Translations under genes and position numbers: made by a program | Notes under the pieces: model-generated | Told to the model about the DNA's origin: nothing | Database searches by the model: none | The model's input: only the letters and a program-made list of their open reading frames with translations | Shown here: positions 40,521 through 50,908 of the stretch, one piece after another | How positions within the stretch are numbered: position 1 is the stretch's first letter | How the letters are laid out: every line of letters starts with the position of its first letter | From: Dehalococcoidia bacterium | GTDB lineage: Bacteria > Chloroflexota > Dehalococcoidia > UBA2979 | Length of the DNA stretch: 64,000 nucleotides | Reading direction: 5' to 3' | Assembly (NCBI GenBank): GCA_965219085.1 | Contig: OZ244720.1 | Coordinates: forward strand, 2,528,001-2,592,000

Positions 40521-42233
40521 CTAGACGAAGTAGGACTCGTCCATGTCGGGATGCGGCTGAAGCGGAGTTCCGAGCAGGCGGATACCACCCGCTTCGAACC
40601 GGCGCAGCATCTCGTTCTCGTAGCACTCGTTGACGACGCTGCACTGAGCGTCGTTCAGATAGAAGGCGAAGCTCCTGACCCGATCGTGCGTACGTGCGAA
40701 TTCCTCACCGTCGACGTACTCAGCCTCGCAGCACTCCTGGAACGCACGGACCGCGGCCTCGACCTCATCCCGGTGCACCTGTGGCCGCAGTCGCGGTAGG
40801 AGGTCGACTGTGCCGTCGTCTGAAATGACGACGACGACTGAGCCTTCGGCCATGGTGCTCTGATACCGCACAGCCGAGTTGAAGCGAGAGCCCCGAGCTG
40901 GATCGCCGCGCCCGGTTGTTTCGCCGTCGAGAATCACACCAAAGGCGTGGCAGCGACCGTCTGACCCGAGTAGAATAGCCCCGTCTACGCGACCGAAGCG
41001 GACGATGTCGGCCGTCTCCAGAAACTCGGGCTCGATCGGCACAGCTTCCGCGCCGAGACGAGCAGTCTCGGCCTCGGGTTCGCCTGACACCACGAGCGTG
41101 GTGCCGTGCCCACTACCCTGTACTCCCTGAATGATCTCCCAGATACGGCCGATGTCAGCATGCCCGAGGATCCTTCGAGCGGTATCCACGAACTCGTCGG
41201 CATCGAGCAACGGCCGCGGGAGGGTTGGCTGGCCGTAGGAAACCCGCACCAGCGGGGACCCATCGACGCTCAATTCCCACACGGCGTGATCAGTCACCGA
41301 GATCTCGACTACGTCTGGAGCGGAAGGGCAGGCTCCGAGGCCGTATACACCTTCATGGTCTGCGAGCACCGCGTTCGATCCGTCGCTCAGTTCCAGCAGC
41401 TTTCGGATGCTTCTCGCCTGTCGGAGAGGGACGGGTCGTTGTAGCTGCACGCGGAGCCGGTCGGCGGTCTTCTCCCGGCGAGCGATCACGAGACGCCCGG
41501 CGGCAGCGGTGCGTTCGTAACCGAGAGAAGCGAACTCGTTCACCCAGGAGAACAGACCGGTCGGCCAAGTCGTCGCTCGGTATGCCGCTCCCTCCGCCAG
41601 TCGCGCAGCAGCGACCCTGACGATGTCCTCCGTCATGCCGAGGGGAGAGAGGTCCGCGCCGGGATCTGGTAGGTACAAGGCTCGGTCCGCACGGTGCAGA
41701 CACTCCGCGATCAGCTCGTGCTGTAACGATCGCCCAACATGGACGCGGTCAACTACTGAGTCATCAAGGGCGGGAAGGGAATCGAGTGCTGCGGTCGGGA
41801 TTCCGAGACACGTGTGCACGTGATAGCCGTCGATTGGTGCTCCGCTGCTCGCGAAGAAAGTCATTCCACCGAACGCGCGCGATGCTTCGATGGCTTCGAC
41901 GAGAGCGTCTCCACGCGATCGTCGGAATAGCTGGCGACGCCGCAAGTCATGAAGGCGGGGATCGGTGTGGAACAAGCGCGAATCCGGGTTCTCCTCGAAC
42001 AGTTCCTCCGTCCGGGCCGCGACCGCTGTCAGATTGTCGACGGTGAGGGGGCCGCCCTCGGGCTCGACACAGACCTGGTGCGCCAGACCGTCGTCAAGTG
42101 CGAAGCCCACCAGCACGACGCGCGGCTTCACCGGAAGCCCGATCGTTGCGAGGGCGCGTTCGATACCTTGTGCGACGATGATTCTGAAGTGCCGCTGGAA
42201 GCCCCACATGAACTGATCGATCGTATCGTTCAC
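40521..42233 (-). CDS. Diadenylate cyclase (DisA_N) with N-terminal sensor domains (DACNG/DACNH type)
   Basis: MWGFQRHFR N-terminus; HGTTLVV, VDGAILL, GVILDG, RGSRFNSA, ISDDG DAC motifs. Confidence 0.85.
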   Translation of the reverse strand: MNDTIDQFMWGFQRHFRIIVAQGIERALATIGLPVKPRVVLVGFALDDGLAHQVCVEPEGGPLTVDNLTAVAARTEELFEENPDSRLFHTDPRLHDLRRRQLFRRSRGDALVEAIEASRAFGGMTFFASSGAPIDGYHVHTCLGIPTAALDSLPALDDSVVDRVHVGRSLQHELIAECLHRADRALYLPDPGADLSPLGMTEDIVRVAAARLAEGAAYRATTWPTGLFSWVNEFASLGYERTAAAGRLVIARREKTADRLRVQLQRPVPLRQARSIRKLLELSDGSNAVLADHEGVYGLGACPSAPDVVEISVTDHAVWELSVDGSPLVRVSYGQPTLPRPLLDADEFVDTARRILGHADIGRIWEIIQGVQGSGHGTTLVVSGEPEAETARLGAEAVPIEPEFLETADIVRFGRVDGAILLGSDGRCHAFGVILDGETTGRGDPARGSRFNSAVRYQSTMAEGSVVVVISDDGTVDLLPRLRPQVHRDEVEAAVRAFQECCEAEYVDGEEFARTHDRVRSFAFYLNDAQCSVVNECYENEMLRRFEAGGIRLLGTPLQPHPDMDESYFV

Positions 42234-42831
42234 GCTACACCCTGCGCGCAGACTGGCGATCCAGCATCGGGGGGCCACTCTAGCACGGTGGTGGCGATGA
42301 ACCGCACGGACGCCGCAGCCCGCGCCACGCCAGCGGAGCCGCCAGCCGCTGTGGAACATGGGACACGCCGGCGCCGTGCACGCTTCATCGCGGCGCTCAC
42401 CACGCAGTCGCGCGCGCGGATGGGATCTCATCCAGCTCGACCCGCCCCACCGGGCGTGGCGTTACTTCCGCCGCGACAGACGCCTGCGCTCCGTGCTGCC
42501 CGACGCCTTCGCCGCCTTGCGCAGCGGGACGACGCTGTGGCCGTGCTTCGTCGAGCGAGCGCCGCGGGGTGCGGCCCTCAACGATGGCGGCGAAGCTCGC
42601 ACCCTACCAGCGCCATTACGCCACGCCCCGGCCTACCGACAAGCACGGCGCGCGGCCCGCCGTGCTTGTCGTCTTCGGCGACGAACTCGCCTCGCACCAC
42701 ATCCTGCGCGGGGGCGGGAGGAGATGGAGCGCACCGGCGTTGACATGCCGCTCCGGGTCTCCCACGCGAGCCTCGTTGACGCGGGAGTGGCCGCTGGGAG
42801 CCCGGCTCGCCCGACCTCCCTATGATGGTCC

Positions 42832-43560
42832 GTGACGGCAATCGATCGGAGCACGCCATTGGACTGGACAACCATCGTTGACGTCGAGGCGGGCATTGCC
42901 AACTGCGGACTCTGCCGCGATCGATCCGCCGGCAAGCGCGTGTCGCCGCAGCCGAGTTGGATCGGACGTGACTACGCGCCCGGAGGCGTCGCGTTCGTGC
43001 TCCAGAACGCCGTTGCGCCCCCGGACGGCGATGCATGGGCCAGGCGCGACGAATCCCTCACGCTCCTGCTGCAGCAGTTCAGGGCGGCGCCAACCGCGCC
43101 GCACTACCATCAGTTCGTGGCCGAAGTGCACGCCCAAATGCTGGGCCGCGACGATCGCAGTACCGAGAGGTGGGAGACCTGGACCGATCTGGTCGGCAGG
43201 TGCGTCGAGGGTTGCCTCGAGCCAACGCATCTCGCGTGGATGAACGTGGCGAAATACCGCAGACCGCGCCGGCAGAACCTGCTCGGCGAAGAACGGAATC
43301 ACGGCGTTCACCATCTGCGCGAAGAGCTTCGAGTACTGCAGCCACGCCTCATCGTGACGGCTGGCCGGGAGGCGCAGATGGCGGTGCGCCGCATCGAGGG
43401 TGAGTGGGCTGAACCGCTCCACGTGCCACTACAGAATCCACAGCCGAGTCAGACGCTCGCAGTATCGGGTCGGATCCAGCGCGAGCGGCTGTGCCGCCGC
43501 GAGCCGAGGGGCAAGAAGGCACGCATGCGCGCCTCTCGCTCAAACCGAATCGGGCGGTGA
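42832..43560 (+). CDS. Uracil-DNA-glycosylase-fold protein, copy 2 (intact)
   Basis: CGLC, WIGRDY, FVLQN, MNVAKY, LREELRVLQPRLIVTAGREA family-4-like motifs; QNP in place of HP. Confidence 0.75.
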   Translation: MTAIDRSTPLDWTTIVDVEAGIANCGLCRDRSAGKRVSPQPSWIGRDYAPGGVAFVLQNAVAPPDGDAWARRDESLTLLLQQFRAAPTAPHYHQFVAEVHAQMLGRDDRSTERWETWTDLVGRCVEGCLEPTHLAWMNVAKYRRPRRQNLLGEERNHGVHHLREELRVLQPRLIVTAGREAQMAVRRIEGEWAEPLHVPLQNPQPSQTLAVSGRIQRERLCRREPRGKKARMRASRSNRIGR

Positions 43561-43582
43561 TGGATGGACCGAGGAGCGGCCG

Positions 43583-44353
43583 ATGTCGGGACTGATCGAG
43601 CACCTGCGATCCTTCAACAGGAAGGAGCGCTTCATCCTGCTCCGCGAGGTGCTCGGTAGCGACACCCTCGGCGACGTCTTCCGCCGGCGACTCGCGGACT
43701 GCACCGGCGTCGCGGTCCCTGCAGATGCGTTCGTCGCGATGGACTACCACCTCGACTGGCTGCAGATGGCGCTCTACCTAGCAGCCACTCCCTCGCCGCC
43801 GGAGCGAATCTCCAACGACCAACTCGTCTCCGGGAACCAGGAAGACGCCGACCTGCTCGTCGCGTTCGACGTCGACTCGACGACGCACGTCGTCTTGATT
43901 GAAGCCAAGGTGGAGACGAACTGGACGAACAGGCAGCTCAACTCGAAGGCCGGGCGGCTGAGCCGGATCTTCGGCGAAGGCCGGCCCGGCGTTCACCTGG
44001 CAACGCCACACTACGTGCTCGCATCACCCGAACCACCCCCTCCGGGCATCAGCGCTGCCGAGTGGCCCGAGTGGATGAAGCCGCGTGGCGAGCCGGTCTG
44101 GATGGAACTCGAACGGCCGGCCGGGCTGAAGAAGCCGACGCGCTGCACGGCGCGCGGCAGGACCTCGCACCGGGGCCGCTTCGTGCGCATCGACTCGTTG
44201 AGCGGCGGAGACCAGCCGGAGGCGCCGGGCTCCGGTCCGTACGAGACCCTGCACAAGGGCCAGACGTACACGGTCGACGCCGAAGGCTTCGTGCTGCTGG
44301 CCTCAGGGCGGCGCGACAAGCGCTACAAGTACCCGCTCGGCGAGCACCCCTGA
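43583..44353 (+). CDS. Putative PD-(D/E)XK nuclease, copy 2
   Basis: Paralogue of 32690-33460; QEDADLL..LIEAK. Confidence 0.65.
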   Translation: MSGLIEHLRSFNRKERFILLREVLGSDTLGDVFRRRLADCTGVAVPADAFVAMDYHLDWLQMALYLAATPSPPERISNDQLVSGNQEDADLLVAFDVDSTTHVVLIEAKVETNWTNRQLNSKAGRLSRIFGEGRPGVHLATPHYVLASPEPPPPGISAAEWPEWMKPRGEPVWMELERPAGLKKPTRCTARGRTSHRGRFVRIDSLSGGDQPEAPGSGPYETLHKGQTYTVDAEGFVLLASGRRDKRYKYPLGEHP

Positions 44354-44399
44354 GGACTGCCGGCACTGTGCTGGGGCGATGACGGCGGCCCCGTCGGCT

Positions 44400-45026
44400 C
44401 TGGCTCGGCACTCCCGGCTACCCCTCCCGCCGGAGTTGATCGACTCGCCGCAGCATCGCCGTCATGAGTTCGGACTCGATCGCTTGCGCGAGGGCGCTTT
44501 CGGCGAAGCGGTCCCCGCGGATCACCACCGTGAGGAGCCGCGCGAGGTCGAGCACGGCCGCCTGTTCGAGCGCCCCGCCGGTCATCCCGAAGGCGCCGTG
44601 CCTCAGGCGTCTCCGCCCACGCGAACCAATCCAAGTCGGGGCGCACCCAGCCGTCGTCGCAGCCGTTCGGCATCGTGCCATTGCGCCAGCGCTGCAGCTG
44701 CCGGACACCCACGCCCAGGCATCGCGCCAGCCCGTCCCATGGGACGCTACTCCGCCTTCAGGCGAGCGAGGCGCGCCGGGAGGTCCTTCACGACGTGCGT
44801 CGCGTCGACCAACAGGTGCGACGGCGGGTGGGCGCTGCGCCTCACGCCGCGCCGTCGTTCCGGGCTGGCTTCTTGGCGGCAGCGCCGCGGCCTGTCGCCG
44901 ACACTGCGGACAAGTCGTCGCCGGGAGCGTCCGCGTAGAGGTGGGGGTGAGTGAGGACGTGGCGCGCAATGATGCGGGCCCGCGCGCGCAGGCCGTCGAG
45001 GCGCGTCCGCTCGTGCTCGTCGCTCA
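44400..45026 (-). pseudogene. Fused remnants of DUF6508, HTH and small ORF
   Basis: HTH sequence (QLQRWRNGTMPNG) joins directly to DUF6508 sequence (DGWVRPDLDW) near 44660. Confidence 0.65.
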
Positions 45027-45539
45027 CAGCTTGCTTCTCTACCGCCCGTCCCGCAGCCCGGCGCGCGGTCCGACCCCAATCGCCGCCCGGCTCGCAGAAT
45101 GCCTGTTCCAGGACTGTAGTTTCGGGCATGGACGACTGCAGGGCAGTCCCTCGGAAGGGATTTCACGAATGAAATGGCCGCCTTCAGGCGAGCGAGGCGC
45201 GCCGGGAGCCCCGGAGGGCGATACGGCCTGCGCGGATCCCTCGCGCCCAGTGCCCCAGTGGCCGAGCTGACAGCGGTTGCCCCGTCCCGTCCAAGAAGGC
45301 CGGCGGCCGATTTCTCACCACTAGAGAAAGGAAGGCATGACTGCTCGCCTGTCACAAACGGCGGTCCGGAGTTCCTACCCTTCCGCAGGACGTTCGCACG
45401 GCAGCCGAAGGCTGGCGGATGAGCATAGCGAGGAATCCGGTCATGGAAACGCGTCCGCCGTCGATGACATCGAGGCACAAGTCCATAACTTCGAGTCAGG
45501 AGCAACGATCCACCAGGGGTTCACGCCCGTTGGTTCCAG

Positions 45540-48500
45540 CTACTGATCGTCGTCAGTTGGGCTCCCGTCATTGGACTTGGCGAACTGGTACACGAGGCTC
45601 TTCGCTTCGGCCACACCCGATAGTGTGATGGAGCCGCGTTCCGTCGGTCGGAGTTGGTTCAGGGGATCGACGACAATACGGATGGTCGGCTGTGCATCCG
45701 CACCCTCCTCCAGGTTCGAGACAACGACCAAGAAGAAGTCGGCCGTCGTGAGCGCTCGCCGCACCTCGGAGTTCGTTAGCGTCACTTCGTTCGGTTCGGT
45801 TCCGGAGCTGACCTTCAGCTCGTAGTACTTCCCCAACTCGTCCACCGCGTCGGCACCAACACCGCGCTGGGCGCGGATGTCGGCGATCTGTTCCTCGTCG
45901 CTGCCGAGCAGCATTCTCAGAAGCTCTAGCCCTACATCCTCCTTGTCGATGTCGGAGTACGCCCGCAAAGGGGTCCTATTGCGTGGTCCGCGGGAACCGC
46001 GCTTCGGGTCGTTAAGGCTGCCGCCGCGAGCCGTCCTACCGCGACCTCCGCGCGTTCCATCCGGCGATCCCCGATCAGCGCGCCCCCTCGCGTCGACCAG
46101 CGTGAGGGACTGAGGGTCTACGAGGGTCCTGAGAGCCGTAGCCGAATAACTGGCCTCCCGGCGGTCGCGGCCATCGCCTCCGAGGCGGGGTGTCTGAGTC
46201 TTGCCAGCAGTTCCACCCGCCCTACCTCGAGGCGAGCGCTGCTTGCGGGCGGTCCTTTCCCGAAGCTCGTCTAGACGACGATCGGCATCGAGTTCTGCCT
46301 CTTCGCGCTCAGCGCGTTCGCGGGCAAGTTCGAGAGCTCGCGCTTTGATCCCGGCCTCGGCTTGGTCGCACGCAGCCCGCCACGCTTGCGCAACTAGCCT
46401 CGCTCCAGTCTTGAAGATCGCCGCGAGCGCTCTCCCGCCTCCATCAACGCGAGCAAGTACCTCGGGGTCAGTTACGAAGACCGTGCCAACGTCCGTGTCG
46501 ACCGTCGCGTCTACTCCGCATTCATACGTCTGACCGGAATCCACGCTTACGGCGAGCGTGAGCGACGGATGCACCTTCACGGCGTACGTGGCCAAGCGGC
46601 TCCAGGGCACGGTGAGGCTCTCAGCGAGTTGCGCATCGTTGCGCTGCAGGTCGTCGCGCAGTAACTCAACGGCCTGTCGAAAAAGCCCGGTCGATTCGGG
46701 GGCTTCCGTTGCGAGATCGGGCTCGACTACTACAGTCTCCTTTGTTTGGATCTCCGTAACGCGCAGCGGCGCGAGTATGGAGCGGAACTGATCAAGCCCT
46801 CCCCCGGGTTGCCAGATCGGTACACGATCGCCCAGGCCGTCGGCTAGAACCCGGTCGTTGGTCGCGAAGACAGGCCGGTCGCGCCTCCATCCCTGGCTGG
46901 TCCACAGAGCCAATCCTGCGAGTTTTCGGCGCTCGACCGTGACTCCCCGTGCGTGGTGTTCGGAGAGTGCGCGCAGTGTCTCGAGGAGGATGACCTCCTC
47001 GGTAGCGTCCGGAGCGTGTTTGCGCCGATTAGCCACTTGGCGGAGGACGTCGAGGCAGTCGCTCGGTAACGGTCGTCTGAGCCGAAGCGCGCGCCACAGC
47101 GGCTGACATCCCGCGATCGCAGGGGCGAATGCGCGAAGGTCCCGGAAGATTGGTGGTCCGAGGAGCACACTCCGAGGAGGAAGCCAACCCACATTCGTGA
47201 GCAAGAGACTGTCACGAGCGAACTCGTCTCGCAATTGATCTGCAGTCAGGTCGGAGTCGGCGACGTCACCATCGAGACCTCGTGCCAGAGCGCGGTAGAC
47301 ACGAGCCGTCTCGTGGCGCTGGTCTTCGGATGAGCCCTCATCATCGTACGAGGCATACCGGAGTTCTCGAAGCCGCGCCACCATCTCGGAACGACTGGGA
47401 TCACTCGAAACGCCAAGTGCGGTCAAGAGTGCAGGGCGCTTCGCTCGAGCGAGATCCGCATGCAAGTAGTCCGGCGAGTCGACACCGTATATCGCCTCAG
47501 TGCCGGGCGTTCGGACGCGCAATTCCGATGGCTTGCGCGGAGACCCGCCCTCATCGTCAAGCCAAGCAACATCGCCGGCTTGCAGGAGCCAGAAGGCTGG
47601 GATCTTCCCCGTCGTCACCCAACCATAGTTCGCAGCCGCAGCATCGACCTGTGCGAAGTCGCTCAACCGACGGTTCCACGCTCGCCCGAGTGCCGCGAGC
47701 ATGGCGCTGGCCCTCTCTCTCCGACGCTTGCCTTGCTGCTCACTTGCAATGTCGCTGATCACCGCCTGGAGGTCAGGACTGTCGTGGTCTTGGAGCGTGT
47801 ACTCGGCGCCTCGTTCCCGCAGAGCTTGGAAGCGAGTAGACGGCGCACCGGACACCCGAAGGTGTACACCGCGCCGCACATCCCTCTGGTAGCTCTTGGT
47901 CCGGTGCGGGTGCGATCGGAGTCGCGGTGCCGTTTCGGCACCCAGCAATCGGAGGAAGCCAAGGGCGCCGAGCCCCTCGCGCCCTGCGTCCGAGCGGAGA
48001 GTCCTGGAGTAGCTGTCGCTGAGCCACATGATCCTCCAGGATTCACCTGCTGCAACAGCGAAACTGTCACGTTCTCGATCGATCGTCCGGGGCAGGTAAG
48101 CGTCGGCAGGCCGAGCGGAAGCGACCCGTCGCCCGCCGTTACCGTTGTAGTCGTATCTGTACGACTCGAGCCGAACCGCGCGACCGACATCAGGCCCCAG
48201 CTTCTCAGCATCGCGGCGATCGAGACGCTCGAAAGCACCCCGAAGCGCCTGCACCTGCTCGTCCGTGAGTTGGCCGCCAAGGGAGCGCCCAGCCCGCCCT
48301 GCCTCGGCGAGACGGCGTACCACTTCCCCATCGTCGGAACCGTCGAGCAGAGCGCCGCACTCCTGCAGCCAATCCAGTACCTCCGGAGCGCCGTTCTCTT
48401 GGGCCAAGTGGGCAGGGTGAATGAGCGTGGTTACGCCGAGTCGCTCCGCGAGCGGTGTAGTCGATACGGCGACGGCTGACGTGGATGCCCGCGCCGGAGG

Positions 48501-50090
48501 AACGATCCGGCGTCCGTCATGAGCGATCACGCAAGGGAGTTCGAGCAAGCGTGCTGCGAGACCCTCTCGCAGCGCGGCCGCGACGACCCCGATTGTCGAT
48601 TCGATTGGGCGCGCCTTATCACTCACGACTTCGAGCGCCTGTTCCACACTGACAGTCGTGGGCAGATCAGCTCGGTGGCTCCGCCAGTCCTCGAGTACCA
48701 ACCGCCACCTTCCAGCGCGATCCCGGACGTCGCTTGGGAGCGTAGCGGTAAGGCCGGCCAATCTTGCGGTCTCCGCTTCATGCAGGAGTTCTTCTAGCGG
48801 CTGTGCCTCCACCGCAAGCCTCGACAAGCGAACATGGCCTTGTCCACGCACCGGGAACGCCAACCGGGATGCCACGACTCTTCTGGCGTTCTCCAGGATG
48901 GTGGTCTCAAGCGTCTGGACCACACCCGAAGCAACCTCGCCCTCGGAAGGAAGTGGGAGTGGCATTGCGTGCCAGGCAGCCTGGGGATCACGACCGAATA
49001 GATCGAGCACCGCCTCTGTCCAAACCTCCGCGACGAGGCGCGCGAGCGCTTCGTTCCACTTCGAGTCAGCGAAGTCTGTCCGGCTGGTGAGCGGATCGAA
49101 CTGGGCGTTCGCGAAGAGCGGTGCACGTATCGGGGTGACAGGCAGCCCTGCGTAGACTTGGCCCGCGTCAGTAGGCCCAAGCGGTAACGCCACTGCAACA
49201 GGAGTCGTAGGATCTGTTGCCTTCTCTGCACGGTGGAGGCCGGGAGGGCTGGGTACGTCTGCGCTGTAGACGGCCCAAGTACGCCCGTCTGTTGTCTCCG
49301 CGTGCCCTCGCGCTATTCGGGACGGGCCCGATGCTAATCCCACGTCACCGTCTTGTTGGCGCGAGAGTGCGAGTTGGCCAATCTGACCACCTTCAAGGTC
49401 CAGCAATGTGACGCGACCTACATGGCGAAGGAACAGCAGCGCTGAGTCGTCCCAGCGATCAAGCCACTCCTTGAGTTCCGACGCTTGCAGCGTCCCGGGC
49501 TGTAGGGGGATCCGGAGTGTCGTCCAGCCTGGCTGACCGAACTGCGGCGGCAGTTCGCGCATCTCGACGGGTGCCACTGTTGGTTCGCCGATCTGGATGT
49601 GATAGGGGGCGCAGTGCACCTCAAGCGTCGTGGACAACGATCGCAAGGTTGCGAGCCCAATGCCGAACCGCCCTATGGTAGCCGCCTCACCGGCCTTAGT
49701 GCTCAGCCATGGGGTCGCCAAACTGAGCACGTGCCGGAGCCGTACCGGACTGCCGTTATGGCTCGCCAGCAGATCGGTAGGCCTCAGTTGGAAGCGTACC
49801 TCCGAAGCCTCTGCATCGTCGGCGTTCTGAATGATCTCAGCGAGGCCTTGAAGCCGATTCGCTGAGAGGAGGCTCCCGCTACTGCGGGCTGCGCCCAGTG
49901 CCTTCGCAATCGAACCGGGAAGTTCCTCGAACAACTTACCAAGGCGCTGGACCGCCGCTCGGGCCTCCGGAACGGTGCTGGGTTCGAAAGAGGGGGCATC
50001 AGAGGCGAGCTTCGGGTCGAAGACTTGCTCGGCAGCCTCAACGGCGAGCTTGATCCGGTCGATGTCGCTGCCCGGTGTTTCTAGCATCAC
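45540..50090 (-). CDS. Sacsin-like GHKL ATPase with C-terminal DUF3883/NO VEIN-type nuclease domain
   Basis: LAEIIQNADDA, HNG, GRFGIG, WTTLRIP; C-terminal GADA..YYELK..VTLTNSE. Confidence 0.82.
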   Translation of the reverse strand: MMLETPGSDIDRIKLAVEAAEQVFDPKLASDAPSFEPSTVPEARAAVQRLGKLFEELPGSIAKALGAARSSGSLLSANRLQGLAEIIQNADDAEASEVRFQLRPTDLLASHNGSPVRLRHVLSLATPWLSTKAGEAATIGRFGIGLATLRSLSTTLEVHCAPYHIQIGEPTVAPVEMRELPPQFGQPGWTTLRIPLQPGTLQASELKEWLDRWDDSALLFLRHVGRVTLLDLEGGQIGQLALSRQQDGDVGLASGPSRIARGHAETTDGRTWAVYSADVPSPPGLHRAEKATDPTTPVAVALPLGPTDAGQVYAGLPVTPIRAPLFANAQFDPLTSRTDFADSKWNEALARLVAEVWTEAVLDLFGRDPQAAWHAMPLPLPSEGEVASGVVQTLETTILENARRVVASRLAFPVRGQGHVRLSRLAVEAQPLEELLHEAETARLAGLTATLPSDVRDRAGRWRLVLEDWRSHRADLPTTVSVEQALEVVSDKARPIESTIGVVAAALREGLAARLLELPCVIAHDGRRIVPPARASTSAVAVSTTPLAERLGVTTLIHPAHLAQENGAPEVLDWLQECGALLDGSDDGEVVRRLAEAGRAGRSLGGQLTDEQVQALRGAFERLDRRDAEKLGPDVGRAVRLESYRYDYNGNGGRRVASARPADAYLPRTIDRERDSFAVAAGESWRIMWLSDSYSRTLRSDAGREGLGALGFLRLLGAETAPRLRSHPHRTKSYQRDVRRGVHLRVSGAPSTRFQALRERGAEYTLQDHDSPDLQAVISDIASEQQGKRRRERASAMLAALGRAWNRRLSDFAQVDAAAANYGWVTTGKIPAFWLLQAGDVAWLDDEGGSPRKPSELRVRTPGTEAIYGVDSPDYLHADLARAKRPALLTALGVSSDPSRSEMVARLRELRYASYDDEGSSEDQRHETARVYRALARGLDGDVADSDLTADQLRDEFARDSLLLTNVGWLPPRSVLLGPPIFRDLRAFAPAIAGCQPLWRALRLRRPLPSDCLDVLRQVANRRKHAPDATEEVILLETLRALSEHHARGVTVERRKLAGLALWTSQGWRRDRPVFATNDRVLADGLGDRVPIWQPGGGLDQFRSILAPLRVTEIQTKETVVVEPDLATEAPESTGLFRQAVELLRDDLQRNDAQLAESLTVPWSRLATYAVKVHPSLTLAVSVDSGQTYECGVDATVDTDVGTVFVTDPEVLARVDGGGRALAAIFKTGARLVAQAWRAACDQAEAGIKARALELARERAEREEAELDADRRLDELRERTARKQRSPRGRAGGTAGKTQTPRLGGDGRDRREASYSATALRTLVDPQSLTLVDARGRADRGSPDGTRGGRGRTARGGSLNDPKRGSRGPRNRTPLRAYSDIDKEDVGLELLRMLLGSDEEQIADIRAQRGVGADAVDELGKYYELKVSSGTEPNEVTLTNSEVRRALTTADFFLVVVSNLEEGADAQPTIRIVVDPLNQLRPTERGSITLSGVAEAKSLVYQFAKSNDGSPTDDDQ

Positions 50091-50205
50091 ACACTCCGGC
50101 CGGTTGGGCGACCAACTGACGTTGCGGGCTCAGGGATTCGAGCACCGCCATGGTGGCAAGCCGGAGGCGGTGCTCGGAGTGCACAGTCCTGCGTCATACC
50201 TGACC

Positions 50206-50649
50206 CTACTCGGGGAGCACGTCATCCAAGATCGTGACATCCAAGCCCCGAACACGGCGAAAATCGGCGTCGTTAGTAAGGAATAGCGCACACTCGACCT
50301 GCAGGGCAGTCACCGCGTGCAGGGCGTCGGGCGTCTTCAGCCCCGTCTCGGCGCGAAGGCGGGCAGTGGCCTCCCAGAGTTGGCGTGTGACGGGCACGAC
50401 TTGCACCTCTGGGGCAGCAAACACGCTGCGAAAGGCCGTTTCGAGACCGAGATTGCCCTCCCGAATGGGGCGGACAAGCGTTTCAGCTATCGCCAACTCG
50501 CTGCACACCACGACAATCTGCCCCGCCTCGGCTTGCTGCCACGCGGGAGCCAACAACGTGAGGTATGGCTCGTTTCGTTCCACGCTGTAGATGATGGCCG
50601 AGGTATCCAAGTAGATGGACCCGCGTGGCGGAAGGGTCAGCGTTCCCAC
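50206..50649 (-). CDS. vapC: VapC PIN-domain toxin
   Basis: IYLDTSAIIY, E, LKTPDALH, LTNDADF. Confidence 0.9.
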   Translation of the reverse strand: MGTLTLPPRGSIYLDTSAIIYSVERNEPYLTLLAPAWQQAEAGQIVVVCSELAIAETLVRPIREGNLGLETAFRSVFAAPEVQVVPVTRQLWEATARLRAETGLKTPDALHAVTALQVECALFLTNDADFRRVRGLDVTILDDVLPE

Positions 50650-50870
50650 GAGGCCCGCTCCTCTGTGAGGTAGTCGTCGACCTCCTTCGCGCTCTTGAAG
50701 AGGCGTTGCCCCGGGCCCTCCGAGATGATCTGCCAGGCGGAACGAGACGAGGGTTCCTGCGCGGGCGAAATCACCACGTCCACGTGTTCCCCGGCCTGAA
50801 GGTCTCGGTCCACGATCTCGATCTTCCCTCCGGGCTGTACGGTTGCCTTCTTGTGCAGCACCCTCTGCAT
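50637..50870 (-). CDS. Antitoxin partner of VapC
   Basis: 77 aa, swapped-hairpin-like N-terminus, VDDYLTEERASW end, overlaps vapC start. Confidence 0.75.
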   Translation of the reverse strand: MQRVLHKKATVQPGGKIEIVDRDLQAGEHVDVVISPAQEPSSRSAWQIISEGPGQRLFKSAKEVDDYLTEERASWER

Positions 50871-50908
50871 TCCTCATCCTTCCTAGCTTGGCGGCTTTCC
50901 CAGTGCGG

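Larger units (their letters stand above)
42322..45026 (+). repeat. Segmental duplication of ~31395-34943 (with internal deletion)
   Basis: Same order: rep-relax 3' end, UDG-fold gene, PD-(D/E)XK gene, DUF6508, HTH, small ORF; high nucleotide identity by eye. Confidence 0.9.

Noticed and set aside
31938-44353. Diversity-generating retroelement (template/variable repeat pair)
   Set aside because: No reverse transcriptase; the repeat is kilobases long and differences are not confined to adenines.
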